Both the position numbers and the translations under genes were made by a program. Of a DNA stretch of 29,462 bases, positions 26,758-29,462 are shown in pieces. Numbering within the stretch: the stretch's first letter is position 1; each line of letters starts with the position of its first letter. Below the pieces are notes generated by a model. That model was not told the origin of the DNA. It did not search any database and saw only the letters and a list, made by a program, of their open reading frames with translations. Source of the DNA: a bacterium (GTDB lineage Bacteria > Babelota > Babeliae > Babelales > JABCYS01). The DNA lies in assembly GCA_027452085.1 (NCBI GenBank), contig DAIDHG010000008.1, forward strand, positions 1 to 29,462. Reading direction: 5' to 3'.

Positions 26758-27074
26758 AATTTCATACCAATATATATGATTTAGCTATTGAAAACACACA
26801 GACCGTTAAGGAAGTTGCAGCGGGTAAATTTAGCGATATCTGTTTACTGTCGCTGCACGCTGGGCAAGAGACCGGCCAAAAAGCACATCAAGATAAGGAT
26901 GTAACGTATGTCATTGTTGAAGGACAAGGTGCCGTTGTGATCGATGGCATGGCAGAAACATTTCTACCGGATGACCTCATCCTTGTGCCGACAGGGACAA
27001 CGTACAATATCAAAAACACGAGCGCCGGCGATCTGAAGATCTTTGCCATCTGCTCATTCGCCATTAAAAAATAG
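26754..27074 (+). CDS. Cupin domain protein
   Basis: GQETGQKAH..DVTYVIVEGQG and DLILVPTGTTYNIKN fit the two cupin motifs. ATGA overlap with the upstream gene. Confidence 0.75.
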   Translation: MKFHTNIYDLAIENTQTVKEVAAGKFSDICLLSLHAGQETGQKAHQDKDVTYVIVEGQGAVVIDGMAETFLPDDLILVPTGTTYNIKNTSAGDLKIFAICSFAIKK

Positions 27075-27081
27075 CTGAAGC

Positions 27082-28311
27082 ATGCATCTAAAAAATGATC
27101 CGCATATATTTGAGCTCATCGCGCAAGAGCGTGAGCGGCAGCGCACCACGATCGATTTAATTGCATCTGAAAATTATACGAGCTTGGCTGTGCGAGAAGC
27201 GTCAGCATCGGTGCTTACCAATAAGTATGCGGAAGGCTATCCGGGCAAACGGTATTATGCCGGCTGTGAGGTGGTAGATCAAGTTGAGCTGCTGGCCATC
27301 GATCGATGCAAAAAATTATTTGGTGCCGAATATGCCAATGTGCAGCCTCATGCCGGCTCACAGGCAAACATGGCGGCCTATTTTACGCTGCTCCGGCCAG
27401 GCGATACTATCATGGGCATGAGTTTAAGCAGTGGCGGCCATTTAACCCACGGCATGCACCTCAATTTCTCCGGCACGTTTTATAAGGTTGTTTCATATAC
27501 CGTTGATGCCGAAACTGAACAACTCAACTACGATGAAATTGAACGCCTTGCCAAAGAACACAAGCCACGCCTTATCATTGCCGGTGCCTCAGCCTATCCG
27601 CAGCTAATTGATCCTGCTCGATTTGCCCAGATTGCGCAATCAGTGGGCGCTTATTTCTTATTTGATATGGCACACATTGCCGGCCTGGTTGCCGCACGCT
27701 TGCATCCAGATCCGGTTGTGCATGCAGATATTGTCACCAGCACCACGCATAAAACTTTGCGTGGCCCACGCGGCGCATTTATTCTGGCAAAAAAGCAGCA
27801 TGGCCCTGCCATCGATAAGGCTGTTATGCCGGGTATTCAGGGCGGGCCATTTATGAATGTGATTGCCGCCAAGGCAGTGGCATTTGCTGAAGCACAAACG
27901 CAAGCGTTTATTGAATATCAAAAACAGATAGTGCTCAATGCTCAAGAGTTGGCCGAACAGTTTCACGCGCGCGGCTATCGCTTAGTCAGTGGTGGCACGA
28001 AGAACCATCTCTTTATTCTCGACCTTCGATCAAAAAACATTACGGGGCGCGATGCTGAGATGCTGCTGGCATCAGTCGGCATTACGGCAAGCCGCAGCAC
28101 CATTCCATTCGATACGGCATCGCCAATAATCACGAGTGGCATTCGCTTTGGTACGCCCGCAATAACCACACGTGGATTAAAGACAGAGCATATGGAAATG
28201 GTGGCGCAATTTGTTGATGATGCAATTGCGTATCGAGCTGAATCAGATCGATTGCAAAAGATTACGCGAGAAGTAAAAGCATTTATTTCCGAATTTCCAG
28301 AATTTAATTGA
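27082..28311 (+). CDS. glyA: Serine hydroxymethyltransferase
   Basis: [57 protein letters not shown] (PLP lysine), QGGP and GTPAITTRG. Confidence 0.98.
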   Translation: MHLKNDPHIFELIAQERERQRTTIDLIASENYTSLAVREASASVLTNKYAEGYPGKRYYAGCEVVDQVELLAIDRCKKLFGAEYANVQPHAGSQANMAAYFTLLRPGDTIMGMSLSSGGHLTHGMHLNFSGTFYKVVSYTVDAETEQLNYDEIERLAKEHKPRLIIAGASAYPQLIDPARFAQIAQSVGAYFLFDMAHIAGLVAARLHPDPVVHADIVTSTTHKTLRGPRGAFILAKKQHGPAIDKAVMPGIQGGPFMNVIAAKAVAFAEAQTQAFIEYQKQIVLNAQELAEQFHARGYRLVSGGTKNHLFILDLRSKNITGRDAEMLLASVGITASRSTIPFDTASPIITSGIRFGTPAITTRGLKTEHMEMVAQFVDDAIAYRAESDRLQKITREVKAFISEFPEFN

Positions 28312-28351
28312 TTGCGGTATATTGATTGCATCTTGTCAGATGAGGTGCGCT

Positions 28352-28678
28352 ATGCTTTCTCAACAGATCATTGATCAAATAAGAACCAATCTTGTCACGG
28401 CGTTAGACCCGCTGGAGATCTATATTTTCGGCTCCCAGGTGTGGGGCAAGACACATAGATATAGTGATGTGGACGTTTTTGTGGTGGTGAACAAGCCATA
28501 CGAAACTATTGCGAATAAAAAAATGTATGCAAAAGGGCATATGGCGTTGGATGCTGTTGATATGCCAAGTGATCTAATACTCATGCCTCAAAAAGAGTTT
28601 GCTCAGAAAGCCAAGCTATCGCATACCTTGCCGTACAAAGTAAAAAAAGAAGGAATGAAGATATATGGCAGATTATAA
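28352..28678 (+). CDS. Minimal nucleotidyltransferase (MNT) domain protein
   Basis: Start ATG 28352 after GAGG. IYIFGS.....SDVDVFVV, a third Asp in SDLIL, and C-terminal EGMKIYG. Confidence 0.85.
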   Translation: MLSQQIIDQIRTNLVTALDPLEIYIFGSQVWGKTHRYSDVDVFVVVNKPYETIANKKMYAKGHMALDAVDMPSDLILMPQKEFAQKAKLSHTLPYKVKKEGMKIYGRL

Positions 28679-28730
28679 AGTATGGATGCTGTATGCGCAG
28701 AGTGATTTAGAAGCCGCAAAAAATACTTGA
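28665..28730 (+). pseudogene. Truncated HEPN-domain gene (N-terminal remnant)
   Basis: An ATG overlapping the MNT 3' end gives MADYKVWMLYAQSDLEAAKNT*, matching the W..A..DL..A first helix of MNT-associated HEPN proteins. No further HEPN-like sequence follows. Confidence 0.65.
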
Positions 28731-28750
28731 TACTCATTTCACCAACGCAC

Positions 28751-28784
28751 AAAAAAAAGGACTCCCGTATTTCTACGAGAGTCC
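28751..28784 (-). terminator. Rho-independent terminator of the RRM gene
   Basis: Minus strand reads GGACTCTCGTA-GAAA-TACGGGAGTCC followed by T8. Confidence 0.9.
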
Positions 28785-28866
28785 CTTGATTTTCGATTCG
28801 CTCACAATCCCTGGATTCTTTCGCTAGCGCGAAACAGTCGGAATGATTGGAGCAAGCCGGTATCGC

Positions 28867-29223
28867 TTAGTAGCGATCACCGCCACGGCCGCCGCCGAAG
28901 CCACCGCGTCCGCCGCCCATTGGACGAGGACCACGATCACCGAAGCCACGAGGACCACGAGAGCCGCCCATTGGACGAGCTTGTGGTGGACGAGCTTCGT
29001 TCACACGAAGACGAGAACCTTCAAGTTCAGCACCATTCAGCTGAGCGATAGCATTTTCTGCTTCTGTTTTGTCGGCCATTTCAACAAAACCAAATCCGCG
29101 AGGTTGGCCTGAAAATTTATCCTTGATGATGCGTACGGAGCTAATTTGGCCATAAGCTGCGAACAAGGAGCGAAGTGTATCTTCAGAAACTGAAGGTGGC
29201 AGGTTGCCTACATAAATATTCAT
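28867..29223 (-). CDS. RRM (RNP-1) RNA-binding protein with Gly/Arg-rich tail
   Basis: RNP2 IYVGNL, RNP1 RGFGFVEM, LNG, LRVNEARP, and an RGG/RG-rich C-terminus. Confidence 0.95.
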   Translation of the reverse strand: MNIYVGNLPPSVSEDTLRSLFAAYGQISSVRIIKDKFSGQPRGFGFVEMADKTEAENAIAQLNGAELEGSRLRVNEARPPQARPMGGSRGPRGFGDRGPRPMGGGRGGFGGGRGGDRY

Positions 29224-29462
29224 GTACGGTTGTACCTTATATATGGAATAAAAGAGTTCAATGAAGCCAAACTATATGGCGCATCATCGGTAGATGGTTA
29301 AACTACGCCAAGCAATCTAGCCTAAATAACCCCGTAAGTCTAATGGTTGTGCTGACTCAAGACATATGAGAAAAAAGGACCTCTTTCTTTTTGGCGGCTT
29401 CATAGTACTGAAAAGGGGTCTGATTGCCTAGCCTCTGGTGAGGGCGCCAGTGATTATAGCTA

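Noticed and set aside
2082..28331. Many 60-126 aa ORFs nested in or antisense to the long genes
   Set aside because: They show no motifs and lie within well-supported CDSs.
28843..29112. Ala/Thr-rich plus-strand ORF with AAHWT repeats
   Set aside because: It is the antisense shadow of the RRM gene's Gly/Arg-rich tail.
1..29462. CRISPR array, tRNA/rRNA, transposase, integrase or prophage genes; giant-virus origin of the window
   Set aside because: No regular repeats or such genes were seen. Shine-Dalgarno sites, operon overlaps, intrinsic terminators and groES/rpe/glyA indicate a bacterial chromosome.

Overview
Bacterial, AT-rich, gene-dense window. Housekeeping genes sit at both ends: groES (truncated by the window edge) and rpe on the left; a cupin, glyA, an MNT nucleotidyltransferase with a 21-codon HEPN stump and an RRM RNA-binding protein on the right. 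Between them (about 1.9-26.8 kb) is a large glycosylation island, mostly on the minus strand. It holds a two-gene eukaryote/giant-virus-style NDP-rhamnose pathway (RmlB-like dehydratase plus a UER1/NRS-ER-like epimerase-reductase), four GT32/DXD paralogs, three exostosin/GT47-like paralogs, two KxTGRY-motif paralogs, single GT31-like, GT11-like, GT-D-like, DUF1647-like, GT2 and unassigned DXD proteins, SAM methyltransferases, a sulfotransferase, AsnB, a PglK-like ABC exporter and a GtrB-like GT2. The main observation is that 19 of these glyco-enzymes start with a Sec-like signal peptide or signal anchor. That set includes enzymes needing cytoplasmic cofactors (NAD(P), NDP-sugars, SAM, PAPS), while the housekeeping neighbours have no such leader. 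This suggests an exported, Golgi-like glycosylation system. The gene style resembles host-dependent intracellular bacteria such as Dependentiae/TM6 (Babeliae), which is an inference only. All family calls come from motif recognition by eye; no searches were run. No rRNA, tRNA, CRISPR array or transposase was seen.
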